From Ostreococcus lucimarinus (taxonomy: Eukaryota), in the NCBI GenBank assembly GCA_000092065.1, contig CP000581.1: a stretch of 64,000 bases of DNA; one strand, given 5' to 3'. The notes below the pieces were generated by a model. The model was not told the DNA's origin. It did no database searches and worked only from the letters and a program-made list of their open reading frames with translations. Below, in pieces: positions 21,101-31,073 of the stretch (its first letter is position 1; each line of letters begins with the position of its first letter). The position numbers and the translations under genes are program-made.

Positions 21101-21113
21101 CCAGAAATTCCAA
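18111..21113 (-). CDS. Leucine-rich-repeat protein (about 1000 aa) with multiple SDS22-like LRR blocks and an acidic N-terminus
   Basis: Recurrent LxxLxLxxNxIxxLxxL units (e.g. LRELNHLNIAGNPIKSL, LQTLILSDNAIKRLQGL, LKYLDLSGNYISSLSVL). ATG at 21111-21113. The stop lies 10 bp from the convergent coiled-coil gene stop. Confidence 0.65.
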   Translation of the reverse strand: MEFLEFLIRRRAVDPTLMRAAATRGGDDGAGRRDEANDDEEERRDEADEGEGNGRGDDAETLEYFMGDVARGALTELDLEKYARLTTLRVVKCGDVVSLIGLGACESLRNVTVAECGLRSLEGASECRGLEALYAYGNAIDSLDGLADGRLERLHTLWLNDNRLMSLDGIETLMALRDLNVARNRLESVPDADALRELNHLNIAGNPIKSLAYVGVTRFIHSITFKDDVHGACDFCRGRWYRSYILRAVSNLRVLDGVDISEDERARASDEHAERELWYHMRCARIRKSFDDARDVALEHLRILTASVERDLLRARAEGRWLDVERDLSDISHFEISFTKIERRAREASLVLIARVFQDAEIVAETAREERFAFAKAESAAQSVDDVFIEIFGKFGRVRKKRAPQKRKSAWILTRRISDIVIASNMTEINLHSAELRGIPQEIGECVNLQTLILSDNAIKRLQGLPQMNSLKWLDLGNNHLWNSEDLNVLTTRARNVTSLILRGNRKWLAKSKFYAPILVKRSPTLTHLDGIEVTSRMRAHYRVVGCRLNARAVRRRGKLYRDAAQSASEIVEFSLEDESLRKVELCGEFNTLIVAYLMNNCLKSIKSFGVTCRHLRHLSVEGNAMIRLDGLSLLKELKFLNVRNCMIKILSPSWFKPLIKLLFINVERNELQSLSGLEQCRSIREIYASHNMLAETSSVVALAALPNLRLLTLYGNVMCDLKTYPHYVIFKFNQLSILDTDYISEAARADATKIYSGRLTEDMIVSGEHAAGGDEISLVALGLFHLDHNVVNARFQGIKRMNLENNNLSDVSALASLPRLTRLELRNNRVNAKFGRASSFSKLKYLDLSGNYISSLSVLALGSCSSLQTLLLSDNFLTRLDGINQLKSLRVLKVDKNKLSRIDSSTFDGCESLRVLCMRKNAFRTLKHVTKLAYVRELHLDENRVDDLEEISWLAYLTRLRILSLARNKVSSEYQRYVEFVTTCCRSLEQLDGEKLVYK

Positions 21114-21168
21114 CGACCACTTCGCGTGTCACCCACACTCTCGGTCTCGGACCGACCGCGCGCCCGCG

Positions 21169-22629
21169 ATGGCGTCCCTCGCGCGCGTCGCGCGTCGCGC
21201 GTCCGGCGACCTCGCGCGATGCGCGCGCGCGGCGCTCGCGCGACCGCGCGTCGCCGCGCGCGGCGTCGGGTTCGGTTTCGTCGACGACGCGCGCGGGACG
21301 GGCCCGCGGCGTGGATTCACGAAACGCGCGTTCGCGGGCGACGCGCGCGCGCTCGGCGCGCCGTTCGCGGCGCGAAGAGAGGAAGACGCGGTGAGAGACT
21401 CGCGCGGGGACGCGCGCGCGCGGGCGTCGCTGGTGTTCGCGCGAGGGTTGCGCGCGAGCGCGCGCGCGGCGCTGGACGTCGGGCGGCGCGGGCACCGCGA
21501 GACGAAGACTGGCGTCGGCGGCGCGCGAAAGGTGAAGGAAGAGAACATGGGCGAGTACGAGGAAATACCGCGCGCGGCAGCGTCGGAGGCGATGGACGCG
21601 GCGAACGATCAGAGGGCGCTGAAGGCGGTGCACACCGCCATCGGATGCAACGCGGCGATTTTGGTGTGCAAATTGGGAGCGTACGGCGCGAGTGGGTCGC
21701 CTTCGATGCTCGCGGAGAGCATTCACAGCGTGGCAGATATCGTTAATCAGATGCTGTTGCAAGTGGGGATCACAAATAGTAATAGAAAGCCCGATGCGAC
21801 GTTCAATTACGGTTATCGACGCGAGCGGTTCGTGTATTCGTTGATTTCCGCGGTGGGAATTTTCTTTCTCGGTGCTGGGTTTAGCGTGATGCACGGGATG
21901 CACGGGTTGATGGACCCGATGCCGTCTGAAAACATACGTATTGGGATCGCGGTGTTGGGCGCGTCGGCGTTGTTGGAAGGATTTTCGTTAAAGGTGGCGT
22001 ACGAGTCGTTGCGCGACAACGCCAAGGCGCAAGGAATGACGCTGAGGGAATTTATCAAATCTGGTAAAGATCCCACCAGCGTGGCCGTGCTCGCAGAAGA
22101 TGCTGCCGCGGTGTTGGGTTGTGGCATCGCGGGTACGGCGCTCATCGCGTGCGAAGTGACGGGGAGTCCGATGTACGACGCGATGGGCTCGATTGCTGTC
22201 GGTGGCCTTCTTGGGGTGACGGCAATGTACCTCATCAACAGTAACCGACTGCTCCTACTTGGCCGATCTCTCGGTGCAGATAAGATGCAAGTCATCACGG
22301 AGCACATGCGCCGCGATCCAGTCGTCGAAGAGGTTTACTTTGCTAAGAGCGAAGAGCTTGGCGCTGGGACGTATCGTTTCGCCGCCGAAGTTGAATTTAG
22401 CGGCAAAAAGATTGTCGAGCGATATCTCGCGAAGAAAAATCGTCGCATGGAGCTGCACTCGAAGTTTAACGAGGCGTCAATATCGGCGGATGCGCAAGCT
22501 ATGGACGGTGCGCTGTCTTTTTACGGTGAAGAAATCGTTCAAGCCGTCGGCGACGAAGTCGATCGCATGGAGAAGGAAATCGTCAAGATTGAACCCTCCA
22601 TCCATTACGTCGACATCGAGACGAATTAG
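21169..22629 (+). CDS. Cation diffusion facilitator (CDF) transporter, ZnT9/SLC30A9-like, with an N-terminal organellar (probably mitochondrial) presequence
   Basis: Starts MASLARVARRASGDLARC (Arg/Ala-rich presequence). Then AAILVCKLGAYGASGSPSMLAESIHSVADIVNQ, about 6 TM helices and a C-terminal cytoplasmic domain. The track ORF starts 606 bp upstream, antisense to the LRR gene. ATG at 21169. Confidence 0.7.
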   Translation: MASLARVARRASGDLARCARAALARPRVAARGVGFGFVDDARGTGPRRGFTKRAFAGDARALGAPFAARREEDAVRDSRGDARARASLVFARGLRASARAALDVGRRGHRETKTGVGGARKVKEENMGEYEEIPRAAASEAMDAANDQRALKAVHTAIGCNAAILVCKLGAYGASGSPSMLAESIHSVADIVNQMLLQVGITNSNRKPDATFNYGYRRERFVYSLISAVGIFFLGAGFSVMHGMHGLMDPMPSENIRIGIAVLGASALLEGFSLKVAYESLRDNAKAQGMTLREFIKSGKDPTSVAVLAEDAAAVLGCGIAGTALIACEVTGSPMYDAMGSIAVGGLLGVTAMYLINSNRLLLLGRSLGADKMQVITEHMRRDPVVEEVYFAKSEELGAGTYRFAAEVEFSGKKIVERYLAKKNRRMELHSKFNEASISADAQAMDGALSFYGEEIVQAVGDEVDRMEKEIVKIEPSIHYVDIETN

Positions 22630-22804
22630 GCACACATGACGTTCACCGCCCGCTCGATTGCCCGACCGAGGTAACGCGCTCATCTTGTTGTAAAATTAAC
22701 TTAATCGTGCAGAACCGACCGTCAGGTCAACCTCGCCCACTCGAAGTGAGTCTTCACTATAGAGCGCGCCGATATTCGTGTACGCCATGCAGACGTAACG
22801 CGCG

Positions 22805-24151
22805 ATGCGCACCGCGATGCATGACACGGCGTCGCGTAAGCCGACATCGCGCGTTCTCGATCGCGCGCCGTGCGAGAGCGCGGAGTCGCTCTTTGAAAAT
22901 TTGTGCCAAAATTGGGCAAAGCGAGCCGATGAGTTGGCGCGTTTTGAGCGTGAACTGTGCGCGACGCGGGAAGCTGTGCGACTGTCGAGCGATGGATCGG
23001 ACTTGGACATGGTGGAAAAAGATACCAGGCCGTGTTCACGTGCATGTGGTGAAGACACGCGCGATACTCCCGCTCGCCCTCGGAGAACTGAATCGACTTT
23101 TTCTGCCGAGCCTCCGGCAAAGCGACGTGCGAAGCAACGTATTAAGTCTTTCGTGACTGAAGAGAGTGACGAAGACGAAGATACAGAGGTTTCATTGCGC
23201 GAGCTCCTTAGTCGCGCGATCGAAGAATCAGTCGCGGTGCGGCGTCGACGCGTGGAGAAGGAGACAGAACGCCGCAAAATCGTCGACACGGCACGCGTAC
23301 GACGAGACGCTGGTCGCACGATCGCGAGAAGCTTGAAGCGCTGGCACACACGCCGAATGCGTACAATTTGTGTCGTGCAAAGTATCTGCCGCCGATGGCT
23401 CGCTCTTCGTAGAGTAAGAGCGGTTCGAGACCGTCGCGAGCGATTGACGCGGATGTTTTGGATCTGGCGCTCGACGCTCATCAGAGCGCGTCGACGTCGT
23501 GCGTGCGTGCGAATACAGTCATCGTGGCGCGGGTACGCGACACGACGCGCGCTTCGTGAAGATAAGGGTAGACGCGAACGCGTGAAGAGATGCGTCGAAG
23601 AAATAGTCAAGCGCTACATTCAGCGCCATGAGAGAGCAAAGCGAGCGTGCGCTGCACAACGGATCCAGCGCGCATGGCGCGCGTTTATTCGATTCTCAAC
23701 GTTGCGGCGAATGAACGCCGCCACATTACAAATACAACGCGTGTGGCGAGGCACGCGCACGCGGAGAGCTGTGCGGAGTTACCGAGAGTCGACCGTGCGA
23801 AGAAACGCGGTCGAATTCGATTTAGAAAGCGCCGACGAAGACGATTTCATGGACGACGACGACGACGAAAACGCGGCACTTCGCGATGTCTTCGACAGCG
23901 TCACCTGTTCTACCGCAGAGCGCATCGCCGAGTCCACCGAACGCGCACGCGCAACTTCATCGCGCGCACCAGCTGCTTCGGCGCGCCAAAGCGACGATTC
24001 GGCTTCGACGGCGTCGCGCGAGCACTACAATCGACGCCATACACGGCACATCCGCGAGCAATCGAAACGCCGCCGCCGTGAGGCGCTTCAAACGAGCTCA
24101 ACGGCACGGTTCGCTGCGTTTCGATCCAACGCCGCGCGTTCCACGCGTTGA
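22805..24151 (+). CDS. IQ calmodulin-binding-motif protein
   Basis: At least three IQ motifs: IQSSWRGYATRRAL, AAQRIQRAWRAFIRF, ATLQIQRVWRGTRTRRAV. The acidic C-terminus is Arg-rich. ATG at 22805. The overlapping minus-strand ORF 22696..23610 has no motifs and is rejected. Confidence 0.5.
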   Translation: MRTAMHDTASRKPTSRVLDRAPCESAESLFENLCQNWAKRADELARFERELCATREAVRLSSDGSDLDMVEKDTRPCSRACGEDTRDTPARPRRTESTFSAEPPAKRRAKQRIKSFVTEESDEDEDTEVSLRELLSRAIEESVAVRRRRVEKETERRKIVDTARVRRDAGRTIARSLKRWHTRRMRTICVVQSICRRWLALRRVRAVRDRRERLTRMFWIWRSTLIRARRRRACVRIQSSWRGYATRRALREDKGRRERVKRCVEEIVKRYIQRHERAKRACAAQRIQRAWRAFIRFSTLRRMNAATLQIQRVWRGTRTRRAVRSYRESTVRRNAVEFDLESADEDDFMDDDDDENAALRDVFDSVTCSTAERIAESTERARATSSRAPAASARQSDDSASTASREHYNRRHTRHIREQSKRRRREALQTSSTARFAAFRSNAARSTR

Positions 24152-24186
24152 CGTCTTCAACCGTGCCCGCGCAACTGTCCCGCACA

Positions 24187-24903
24187 ATGAGGCTCGCCGT
24201 CGCCGCCACCGCGCGCTCGCCCACCGGCGCCCTGACGCCACGCGCGAGCGGTAAGTTCCGCCGTCGCGACGCGTTGCTGACCGCCGGTTTGTTCGCTTGC
24301 GCGTCGCCGCGACGCGCGCGTGCCGAAGGTTTCCTCCCGCTCGACGTGTACCTCGAGCGTCTGGAAGAGTGTCGCCGCGCCCTCGACGCCGTCGCCACCG
24401 AGCTCGAGACGCGCGAGGACCTCACCGCGAAAGATTTCGCACGCCTACGCGCGTCGCTGCACACCGGGGAGATCGGGCGGTTTTGGGTCACCGCGCGTGG
24501 GTGCGACAAGTACACCGCCGGCGTGGAGCGGAGCCCGTTTGCTCGCGAAAAGGAGGACATGTGGACGCTGATTCCAGAAAAATCCGGCCCGCTCGGCAGG
24601 GCTCTGAAACCAAACTTCGATAACCCCGACGACAAGTTGTGCCTGATATATTCGTGCGTGAACGATCCCACGGCGCCGGCGTCGATCGATACGCTGTACT
24701 CGTTGAAGTTGTTCGACGAGGGGTTGCGGATCGGCGCCAAGGGCGACGCGGTGACGGCGGAGGGGCTTAGTTTCGTCGCGCGCGATGTTTTGGAGAAACT
24801 CGCGACGTACAGAACGCTCGTGGTTGAAAAAGCGGACTCGAGCTTGATGGACGCGAGTTGGGTGAACCCGTCACCCGCCTCGTGGTCGGGAGTCGGAATT
24901 TAG
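24187..24903 (+). CDS. Small protein with a bipartite transit peptide (stroma-targeting segment plus a twin-arginine lumen-targeting segment): putative thylakoid-lumen protein of unknown function
   Basis: MRLAVAATARSPTGALTPRASGKF, then RRRDALLTAGLFACASPRRARA|EG (RR, a hydrophobic core, and an AxA cleavage-site motif). The mature domain of about 190 aa has no recognised family. The track ORF starts on TTG at 24148. Confidence 0.45.
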   Translation: MRLAVAATARSPTGALTPRASGKFRRRDALLTAGLFACASPRRARAEGFLPLDVYLERLEECRRALDAVATELETREDLTAKDFARLRASLHTGEIGRFWVTARGCDKYTAGVERSPFAREKEDMWTLIPEKSGPLGRALKPNFDNPDDKLCLIYSCVNDPTAPASIDTLYSLKLFDEGLRIGAKGDAVTAEGLSFVARDVLEKLATYRTLVVEKADSSLMDASWVNPSPASWSGVGI

Positions 24904-24983
24904 AAATTGGATTTGTTGTAGTCTTCGCGCGCGCTTGCGCTTGTTGTTTAATACTTACATTCTTTCTCATTCGTACACATTTA

Positions 24984-26369
24984 TTAACGCGGCGTGAAAT
25001 CGGCCCAAAGCGGGCCGTGGTCGGATAAATCAAACTCTTCCGACGTCGGCCATCGACCCTCTAACATTGAGGTTGGCAGCGTCGCGCATTCTATTTGCAA
25101 GTCGCCCTCGCCGAAGACGTTGTCGTCCCAGGACTGCGACACGACGACTTGATCAGCCGCAGAAGACGCCATGAAGTCGCCGATATCGAGTGAAAGATTT
25201 GGATCACTCGTCAAGTCAGCCATGCCTTTGATATCCATACGCTGAACGAATTCTTGAAAGTCGATTTCGCCGTTGCCATCCTTATCGCACGCTTCGTAAA
25301 GAGCCTCCAATTCCGCGGTAAGGAGCCCCGGACTCTTCTCGCCGCACAAACCTATCTTATTCGCGAATTCGATGAACTCATCCTTCGTCAGAGACCCATC
25401 GGAGTTTGCGTCGAACTCCTTGAACGCCGCGACATCGTCCACGATGCCTTGTTGAACGATCTTTGCCCGCATCATCGCGAAAACCGCCTCTTTCCACGAC
25501 GCTCCGATCTCGAGCACTTGCTTCGACGGGTTAAGCAAAAACATGTGATCGACTCCGACGCACTCACCATGATGATTCAAGTGCGAAACCCACGAAGTGG
25601 CGCAACCTTCCCGGCCCTGACACACGTCCAACGCGTTCGTGAATCCTTGCGACGTCAAAAAGCGATACACCCGACCCGAACTTGACCCGTTAAAATCCCC
25701 CGTGATGACGATCGGTAACTTTTTCCCTCCGATCGCCGGCTCTCGCTGAAGCTCTCGCAAGAACTCTAAAATCTTAAACACCTCTCTCAGCCGAATCAGG
25801 CTTGAATTTTCATTGTGCGGAAACAACAAGTGCGTGTTCACGACCAGCGTCTCGCGTCCGTTCGCCTTCGACGCCACCCGCGCCACGTGCGCCACGCGAT
25901 CGCCGCAATCGTTAAACAACACGTCCCTAGCGTCTTTCACCTCCAATCTATCTCGTTTTACCGCCGTGAGCAACCCATCGCACCTTCCGCTCGTCCTCGG
26001 CGTCACCGCGGCGTCGTACGACGCCTCGCGCAGCCTTCGCGTCCACAGCTCGCGCATCGCCTCGTTCGCGTGCCAAAACTCCTGCACGCACAGCACGTCC
26101 GGCGACGCGTCGAATATCAAATCAAGTATCTTTTCGTTGCGTCTCAGCGCGTCCTCGACGTTCGCCGACTCGCGCGCGTCGTCGTTTTCCTTCGTCCCCG
26201 CGCGCTTGTACTCGGGACACAGCACGTTGAACGTCATCACGCGCACGCTCGCGTCGCCTCGCGCGTCGGCGCGCGCGCGCGTCGCGATCGTCCTCGCGCG
26301 CGTCGTCGCGAGGCGGCGCGTCGGCGCGCGCGACGGCGCGCGCGCGCGAACCGCGGTCGATGACGGCAT
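24984..26369 (-). CDS. Endonuclease/exonuclease/phosphatase (EEP, CCR4/nocturnin-type fold) protein with a C-terminal EF-hand pair
   Basis: N-terminal part has VRVMTFNVL, LCVQEF, VNTHLL and GDFN. The EEP-type C-terminal block SDHGPLWADF closes the protein. In between are two canonical EF loops: DANSDGSLTKDEF and DKDGNGEIDFQEF. ATG at 26367-26369. Confidence 0.7.
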   Translation of the reverse strand: MPSSTAVRARAPSRAPTRRLATTRARTIATRARADARGDASVRVMTFNVLCPEYKRAGTKENDDARESANVEDALRRNEKILDLIFDASPDVLCVQEFWHANEAMRELWTRRLREASYDAAVTPRTSGRCDGLLTAVKRDRLEVKDARDVLFNDCGDRVAHVARVASKANGRETLVVNTHLLFPHNENSSLIRLREVFKILEFLRELQREPAIGGKKLPIVITGDFNGSSSGRVYRFLTSQGFTNALDVCQGREGCATSWVSHLNHHGECVGVDHMFLLNPSKQVLEIGASWKEAVFAMMRAKIVQQGIVDDVAAFKEFDANSDGSLTKDEFIEFANKIGLCGEKSPGLLTAELEALYEACDKDGNGEIDFQEFVQRMDIKGMADLTSDPNLSLDIGDFMASSAADQVVVSQSWDDNVFGEGDLQIECATLPTSMLEGRWPTSEEFDLSDHGPLWADFTPR

Positions 26370-26431
26370 CGCGCGACGCGCTGTGACCGCACCGCGACGA
26401 CGACGCGACGCTCGACGCGGCGGCGACGACG

Positions 26432-27832
26432 ATGGCGCTCGGGGCGACGCTGACGACGCTCGGCGCGCGCGCCGGCGCGCGCGCGCGCGACGGCGCGCGC
26501 GGGGAAGGGAATCGTCGCGCCGCCGCCGGAACGCGTGCGCGCGTTCGACGCGGCGGCGCGGTGACGCGCGCGCGCGACGACGACGGCGCGGACGACGGCG
26601 ATGCGATCGCGACTGAGCCGTCGTTCGTGCCGCGCGCGCCGGGCGTGCGCGATGGACCGTGGGAGAAGGCGGACGCGGCGGCGGTGGTGGCGAGCATTCG
26701 CGACGCCGACGCGACGGCGAAGAGGGCGGGAAGAGTGGTCGAGGACGAAGCGTTTTCGTTGCTCGGACTCACGGCGAGTGAGTTGAAAGAGTTCGCGGTC
26801 GAGCGCGGGATGCCGGCGTTTCGAGGGAAGCAAATCGCGGATCACCTGTACGCGCCGAACGGGGCGAGCGCGCGGTCGGTGGACGATTTTACGACGCTGT
26901 CGAAAAAGCTGCGCGAGGAGCTGAAGAGCGCGAATGTGCGCGTCGGGCGGTCGAGGCGACATCACGTCGCGGCGGCGAGCGATGGGACGGCGAAGTTGTT
27001 GCTTCGATTGGATGACGATAGAGTCGTCGAGACGGTGGGTATTCCCGCCACGGAGAACGGAAAGAATAGGCTCACGGCGTGCGTGTCGAGTCAGGTCGGT
27101 TGTCCGATGCGCTGCACGTTCTGCGCGACTGGCAAAGGTGGATTCGCCCGTAATTTGGCCCCGCACGAGATCGTAGATCAAGTATTGGCGCTCGAGGAGT
27201 ACTTCGGTCAGCGCGTGAGCAACGTCGTCTTCATGGGCATGGGAGAACCGCTGCTGAACGTGCCCAACGTTCTCAAGGCGCACGAGGCGTTGAACAAGGA
27301 GATTGGAATCGGTGCGAGGCACATCACGATTTCCACAGTTGGCGTCAGAGGGTCGATCGAAAAGCTCGCGCACGCGCAACTGCAATCCGTGCTCGCGGTC
27401 AGTTTGCACGCGCCGAATCAAGAGTTGCGAGAAACCATCATCCCGAGCGCCAAGGTGTACCCGATGGAAGACTTGCTGCAAGACTGCGAACAGTACTTCG
27501 TCGCCACCGGTCGACGCGTGACGTTTGAGTACACGCTGCTCGGAGGAATAAACGATCAACCAGAGCACGCGAAGGAACTCGGCCGATTGCTGTACGCTCG
27601 CAACCTGGCGTCGCACGTCAACTTGATTCCGTACAACCCCGTGGATGATTCCGACTACCAGCGCCCGAGTCGGGCGACGGTGTACGCTTTCCGCGACATT
27701 CTTGAAGGTCTCAACGTCCCAGCTTCGATTCGCCAAACCAGAGGTCTCGAGGCGGCGGCGGCGTGCGGACAGCTGCGTAACGCGTTCCAAAAGAACGCCA
27801 TCGTCGGCGACTTGGCGCCGGCGACGACGTGA
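26432..27832 (+). CDS. rlmN: Radical-SAM dual-specificity RNA methyltransferase RlmN (23S rRNA m2A2503/tRNA), organelle-targeted
   Basis: Radical-SAM CxxxCxxC (CPMRCTFCATG) plus the conserved RlmN blocks NVVFMGMGEPLLN, HITISTVG and LIPYNP. Ala/Arg-rich N-terminal extension. ATG at 26432, 62 bp from the divergent EEP start. Confidence 0.8.
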   Translation: MALGATLTTLGARAGARARDGARGEGNRRAAAGTRARVRRGGAVTRARDDDGADDGDAIATEPSFVPRAPGVRDGPWEKADAAAVVASIRDADATAKRAGRVVEDEAFSLLGLTASELKEFAVERGMPAFRGKQIADHLYAPNGASARSVDDFTTLSKKLREELKSANVRVGRSRRHHVAAASDGTAKLLLRLDDDRVVETVGIPATENGKNRLTACVSSQVGCPMRCTFCATGKGGFARNLAPHEIVDQVLALEEYFGQRVSNVVFMGMGEPLLNVPNVLKAHEALNKEIGIGARHITISTVGVRGSIEKLAHAQLQSVLAVSLHAPNQELRETIIPSAKVYPMEDLLQDCEQYFVATGRRVTFEYTLLGGINDQPEHAKELGRLLYARNLASHVNLIPYNPVDDSDYQRPSRATVYAFRDILEGLNVPASIRQTRGLEAAAACGQLRNAFQKNAIVGDLAPATT

Positions 27833-27895
27833 CGCTAGTATTTTTGCGGTAAATTACACGACTATTGTAAACGATACAGTAAAGTAGGCTATTCT

Positions 27896-28420
27896 CTATT
27901 TCTTTTTGCGAAACAACCCGCGCACCATCTGCCCTAATCCCTTCGCGAGCGGATTCTTAAAGTACACGACTTCGTAACCATCCGCCGCGCACGCCCACTG
28001 CTTTCCGTAGGTGTGCACTCTCTTCGTCTCCAGTCCCGTGCTCGGCTCGACCAACGTCCCACCCTCGTGCGTCCACGCCAAGATGGAACCGTACATGTTA
28101 AAATATTTCGCGTCCCCATCATTCGCGCGCTTCGCCATCTTCTCCGCGTACTTCCCGCTCCGGTACCCAATCGTGCAGTAACAAATCGCGTCGTGCGCGC
28201 CCAGTCCCTCCCGCGCGCGCTCGTACGCCTCCGCGTCCATCGCGCCCTCGATCACGCTCACCGCGCGCTCCTCCGCGTCGCGCACGTCCACGAGCACGCA
28301 CGCGCGTCCTCCGCGCGCGCCGTTCGCGACGCGCGCCATCGCCTCGCGCGCGGTGACGTGCGGGACGTCAAAGTCATCCCTGAACGCGTCCGCGAGCGCC
28401 GTCACGCGCGCGTCGCCCAT
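27896..28420 (-). CDS. Rhodanese-domain protein (single rhodanese/Cdc25-like domain)
   Basis: Active-site loop CYCTIGYRSG (Cys, then Arg five residues later). First ATG at 28418-28420 (MGDARVTALADAF). The track ORF runs to a TTG at 28705, overlapping the OTC start. Confidence 0.55.
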   Translation of the reverse strand: MGDARVTALADAFRDDFDVPHVTAREAMARVANGARGGRACVLVDVRDAEERAVSVIEGAMDAEAYERAREGLGAHDAICYCTIGYRSGKYAEKMAKRANDGDAKYFNMYGSILAWTHEGGTLVEPSTGLETKRVHTYGKQWACAADGYEVVYFKNPLAKGLGQMVRGLFRKKK

Positions 28421-28686
28421 CGATCGCGCGCGCACGCGCGCGCGCGCGACGCGCGGCGCCGGCGCGCGCGCGCGCGCCGACGCGAACGCGATGGCGAGAC
28501 GCGCGACGCGGATTCGACGCGTCGCGGAGTGCGACGCGGCGTCGGCGCGCGACGCGTCACACGCACGCGCGCGCGCGAGCGAACCGAGCGCCGACGGCGA
28601 GCGCGGGAGAAGAGGCGACGAACGATCGAACGATCGCGCGCGCGAGGACGGACGACGCGCGACGACGACGCGCGAACGACGCGTGA

Positions 28687-29763
<1,077 letters not shown>

Positions 29764-29878
29764 ACGAACCGTTGTGTCCATACGAACATTGGGCTTATTT
29801 ATTGTTGAATAAGAAAACCAAGCTTCTTTCCACTTTCGACTCCCGCGCCTCAGTCCTCGCCTCGCCGCGTCGCTCGCG

Positions 29879-30995
29879 ATGTCCGCCCCCGACGCGATCT
29901 CGAGCGGTGTCGAAGTCGAATACTTATTACAACAGGTCGCCGAGGTGCGAGGCCTCGCTGCGAGCGCGGCGCGTCTCGTCCCGCGTGTCCCGCTCGAAAA
30001 GTACAATTGACTGACGGCGACGTCCCGCGCAGGCTGTGCGCCGCGAGCGCGCCTTGTGTGATACTCTTCGCGAGTACGACGAACAATACGCCAGTCTACA
30101 GCGCCTCGTGCTGTCGCTGCCCGAAAAACCAAAGCATGAGATCATGATTCCGTGCACAAAGTTTGCAATGTTCGAGGGCGAGCTCGACGGCGAGGCCGAC
30201 GTCTTCGTCGGCATTGGTGGTGATTTGCTCATCGAGCGCACGGCTAAACAGGCAAGCGAGATCATTGGCCGACGGCGGGATCTTCTTCAGGCGAAGATGC
30301 GGGACGCGGAGCAGAACGCACGGGCTATGGAGAGTCGTATAGAGGCGGCGGCGGCGTTGCGGGAAAGCGGCGTCGGCGCGTCGGCGTTGGAGGAGGAAAC
30401 GGTCGAGGATGGACGCGCGCGGATCGCGCGACGAGGTGATGGAAGCGTAGAGATTACGGAAGTGTACGAGGCGGATGATGAGGGCATGATCGCATCGATC
30501 TCGACCCTTGCGCCGAGTTCGGAGAGCGAACGCGTGAATGCAAACGACGCGCGCGGCGATTTGGACTCGTTCATCTCTCGCTTGGAGGCTATGGAGTTGA
30601 ACGAGAGTGGAGCACAGGACGTGGCGGCGAGCGATGACTACATCGATATCGAGAGCGACGACGAGAGCGACGTAGACGTGGATGGGGGTGAGCCACCGAC
30701 GATTGAGTGCCCCGAAGACTTTGTGAAATACGAGCGATGGAAAGCCAAGCGAGACGCCAAAGACGCCGAGCTTCGAGCTGAGTCCGATCGTGTTCGACGA
30801 CGTGCGGAAGAAGAAAGACTGAGAATCGAAGAAGAGATGCGCCGTAAGCACCCGCCCTTGAAAGATACGGTGATCGAGCGGATTCCAGGGGAAGGTGGCG
30901 CGTCGTCTTCGCGAGACGACGCCAACGTTGACGTGACTCGCAAGCTGTCGCGGTACCAGATGAAGAAACTCGGCCTGGCACCGGATTCTCGATGA
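29879..30995 (+). CDS. Prefoldin-alpha-domain protein, URI1-like (unconventional prefoldin RPB5 interactor), with an acidic C-terminal half. Two exons: 29879..29944 and 30033..30995.
   Basis: The main ORF starts on GTG at 30036. The upstream ATG exon MSAPDAISSGVEVEYLLQQVAE ends at gag|GTGCGAG. The acceptor cgcgcag| sits at 30030-30032. The joined product is a clean prefoldin-type coiled coil (REYDEQYASLQRLVLSLPEKPKHEIMIP...). Confidence 0.5.
29945..30032 (+). other. Putative 88-bp spliceosomal intron (GTGCGAG...CAG), phase 0, in the URI-like gene
   Basis: The donor matches the GTGCGTG motif seen at other introns in the window. Frame and homology continuity across the join. Confidence 0.45.
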
Positions 30996-31073
30996 TGATT
31001 AGAGATCTTTGAAAACAACGCACGATGTTGTTGTACAAGTATAGATACATAATAGTACTAGGACGACGCGCTT

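Noticed and set aside
20563-21168. Upstream 200 codons of the track ORF for the CDF transporter
   Set aside because: This part overlaps the LRR gene on the opposite strand and has no CDF homology. The first ATG with a presequence is at 21169.
22696-23610. 304-aa minus-strand ORF overlapping the IQ-motif gene
   Set aside because: The plus-strand frame carries three IQ motifs and a proper ATG. The minus-strand ORF is Ser/Arg-rich without motifs.
26237-27790. 517-aa minus-strand ORF, composed mainly of Arg/Ala/Val with no recognisable motif, antisense to the RlmN gene
   Set aside because: RlmN radical-SAM motifs on the plus strand are unambiguous. The antisense frame is open only because of the high GC content and low stop-codon frequency.
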